Part shown: positions 61,956 to 64,000 of the stretch, piece after piece
How positions within the stretch are numbered: position 1 is the first letter of the stretch
How the letters are laid out: every line of letters starts with the position of its first letter
From: Alphaproteobacteria bacterium
Lineage (GTDB): Bacteria; Pseudomonadota; Alphaproteobacteria; UBA2966
Assembly (NCBI GenBank): GCA_964291395.2
Contig: OZ219856.1
Span: forward strand, 1,664,001 to 1,728,000
DNA: 64,000 nt
Direction: 5' to 3'
Translations under genes and position numbers: made by a program
The notes under the pieces: generated by a model
Seen by the model: the letters and a program-made list of their open reading frames with translations, nothing else
Databases searched by the model: none
Told to the model about the DNA's origin: nothing

Positions 61956-62501
61956 CTACTCGTCGACGTCGGCGGCGATCCGCATACGGATGATCTTGTC
62001 GGGGTCGTCGACCATGCCGTTGCGGCCATCACCCCGCTTGATCTTATCGACGTATTCCATCCCATCGACAACCGAGCCCCAGACGGTGTACTGCCCGTTC
62101 AAGTGGCTCGCGTCCTCGAAGACGATGAAAAACTGGCTGTTTGCGCTGTCGGGATCGCTGGTCCGAGCCATGGACAAAGTGCCCCGCACGTGAGGTTCGT
62201 CCGAAAACTCCGCCTTGAGGTCGGGCTTGTCCGACCCCCCCATGCCGGTGCCGGTCGGATCACCGGTCTGCGCCATGAATCCGTCGATCACGCGGTGGAA
62301 TACGACGCCGTCGTAGAACCCTTCCCGCGTCAACTCCTTGATGCGCTCGACATGATTGGGGGCGAGGTCGGGCCGCAATTCGATGACCACTCTGCCATCC
62401 TCGAGATCAAGGTAAATCGTGTTCTTTGGGTGGTCAGCCATGGCATTCTCCCCGATCCAAACGCATGCCAGGATGGCCGAAAGAAAAACCCTGAATAACA
62501 T
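61956..62501 (-). CDS. Cyclophilin-type peptidyl-prolyl isomerase
   Basis: FHRVIDGFMAQTGDP, SMART, ANSQFFI, QYTVWG. Confidence 0.94.
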   Translation of the reverse strand: MLFRVFLSAILACVWIGENAMADHPKNTIYLDLEDGRVVIELRPDLAPNHVERIKELTREGFYDGVVFHRVIDGFMAQTGDPTGTGMGGSDKPDLKAEFSDEPHVRGTLSMARTSDPDSANSQFFIVFEDASHLNGQYTVWGSVVDGMEYVDKIKRGDGRNGMVDDPDKIIRMRIAADVDE

Positions 62502-62539
62502 ACGGTTAGCTCGTATTAGTGTAAGTTCAATTCAAGAAA

Positions 62540-63049
62540 TTACCTCGCGCCGACGGCACGCGCCATCAAACGCTTCGCCACCTGCGGAGAGACGAAACTG
62601 GTCACGTCACCGCCCAATCGTGCGATCTCCTTGACCAAGCTCGATGCGATGAACTGGTTGTTCTCCGACGCCATCAGGAACGCGATCTCGATCTCGTCGT
62701 TGAGGCGGGCGTTCATGCCGACCATCTGAAACTCGAAGTCGAAGTCCGAAACGGCCCGCAGTCCCCGCACGATGATACTGGCGCCGACCTCCTCGGCGAA
62801 GTGCATGAGCAGGTTGTCGAACGGTCGAACCTCGAAGGTCATACCGTTGAGGTTGTCGAGCCTGCCCACCTCTTCCTCGATCATGGCGATGCGCTCGCCG
62901 ACGTCGAACATCGGGTGCTTTCCGGGATTGCCGGCCACCCCGATCACCAAGTGATCGACCAGGCGCGTCGCCCGCGCGATCAGATCCAGATGCCCGTTCG
63001 TAATGGGATCGAAGGTACCTGGATAAACGCCTGTCCGAGTCGTCGCCAA
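62540..63049 (-). CDS. coaD: Phosphopantetheine adenylyltransferase
   Basis: YPGTFDPITNGH, RGLRAVSDFDFE, SSLVKE; TTG start assumed. Confidence 0.96.
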   Translation of the reverse strand: MATTRTGVYPGTFDPITNGHLDLIARATRLVDHLVIGVAGNPGKHPMFDVGERIAMIEEEVGRLDNLNGMTFEVRPFDNLLMHFAEEVGASIIVRGLRAVSDFDFEFQMVGMNARLNDEIEIAFLMASENNQFIASSLVKEIARLGGDVTSFVSPQVAKRLMARAVGAR

Positions 63050-63053
63050 AGAG

Positions 63054-64000
63054 CTATTCCTGCCCGTTTGCACCGACGGTGGCCGCCTCAGAATCGTCAG
63101 CGGCCCTCCGGTTTGAGCCGCCGGCGTTCCCATGGCTCCCGTTGCCGTTGACCGTGCTCTCCTCAAGTCTGGAGACCGACGCGACGCGTTCTCCGTCGGC
63201 CGTGTCGAACAACGTTACACCCTGGGTGTTTCGCCCGGCAATGCGGACATCGTCGACCGGCGTGCGGATGATCTGGCCGCCGTCGGTCACCAGCATGATC
63301 TGATCCTCCCGGCCGATCGGACCCGATGCCACCACGCCCCCGTTCCGCTCGGAGGTCACGATGTTGACGATGCCTTTGCCGCCTCGCCCCGTGGTCCGGT
63401 ATTCATAAGCCGACGACCGCTTGCCGTAGCCGTTCTCCGTCACCGAGAGGATGAACTCCTCGAGCCGTGCCAACTCGGCGAATTTTTCGTCGCTCAGGAC
63501 CACCTCATCGTCGCCGTTCCCGTCATCGGGTTCCGCGGCGGCTTCGGCTTCCACATGGGAACCGGCCTCCTCGCCCCGCCGCAGGGCATTGGCTTGGCGA
63601 ACGTAAGCCCGGGATTCGGCCGGCGAACAATCGACATGACGCAGGATGGACACGCCGATGACCTGGTCGCCATCGTCCAGCCTGATACCCCGCACGCCGG
63701 TCGAATCACGCCCCTTAAAAACACGAACCTCGGTCACCGGGAAGCGGATGCACTTGCCGGCGCGCGCGGTGAGCAACACGTCTTCATCTTCCCGGCAGAG
63801 ACGCACACCGATGATGCGGTCGCCCTCATCCAGCTTCATGGCGATCTTGCCATTGGCCTTGACGATCACGAAGTCCGACAGGGCGTTGCGCCGCACGTTA
63901 CCCGACGCGGTGGCGAACATGACGTGGCGGTCGCCCCATTCCGCCTCGTTCTCGGGGAGAGGCATCAGGGTCTGGACGACCTCGCCCCCGGCCAGGGGCA
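63054..64000 (-). CDS. gyrA: DNA gyrase subunit A, C-terminal part (5' end lies outside the window)
   Basis: GyrA C-terminal repeats (GKIAMKL, GRDSTGVRGI, GYGKRS, GRNTQGV); sits upstream of coaD. Confidence 0.93.
   Translation of the reverse strand, partial: PLAGGEVVQTLMPLPENEAEWGDRHVMFATASGNVRRNALSDFVIVKANGKIAMKLDEGDRIIGVRLCREDEDVLLTARAGKCIRFPVTEVRVFKGRDSTGVRGIRLDDGDQVIGVSILRHVDCSPAESRAYVRQANALRRGEEAGSHVEAEAAAEPDDGNGDDEVVLSDEKFAELARLEEFILSVTENGYGKRSSAYEYRTTGRGGKGIVNIVTSERNGGVVASGPIGREDQIMLVTDGGQIIRTPVDDVRIAGRNTQGVTLFDTADGERVASVSRLEESTVNGNGSHGNAGGSNRRAADDSEAATVGANGQE

Overview
GC-rich window from a probable alphaproteobacterium (inferred from the gyrA-coaD-ppi-queA-tgt block at the right end and the gene content), dominated by accessory catabolic genes. 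These include three Rieske oxygenase loci (one methanesulfonate-monooxygenase-like), catechol 2,3-dioxygenase, two TauD/TfdA enzymes, a hydantoinase pair, AtuA, a TRAP transporter and several aminotransferases, plus tRNA-Lys(TTT), cspA, HU and msrA. Single-base frameshifts cluster at about 32-37 kb, 48 kb and 57 kb and look like long-read errors. The most notable structure is cargo inserted between diverged direct duplications of host gene ends with no integrase in view. The largest case is a ~17 kb island (40368-57289) flanked by ~230-bp repeats. It carries a CHAT (caspase-like) lipoprotein, a secreted protein and a CHASE2 adenylate cyclase in one operon, plus an EVE-like gene, TA genes and three cargo blocks each preceded by the same 33-52 bp motif. 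A smaller case at 12.5-13.9 kb carries a TA module. Other leads: two degenerate type I-G-like CRISPR repeats beside tRNA-Lys, a kinase paired with a divergent enolase, and a probable (R)-selective amine transaminase. All family calls are from motif recognition by eye; no searches were run.
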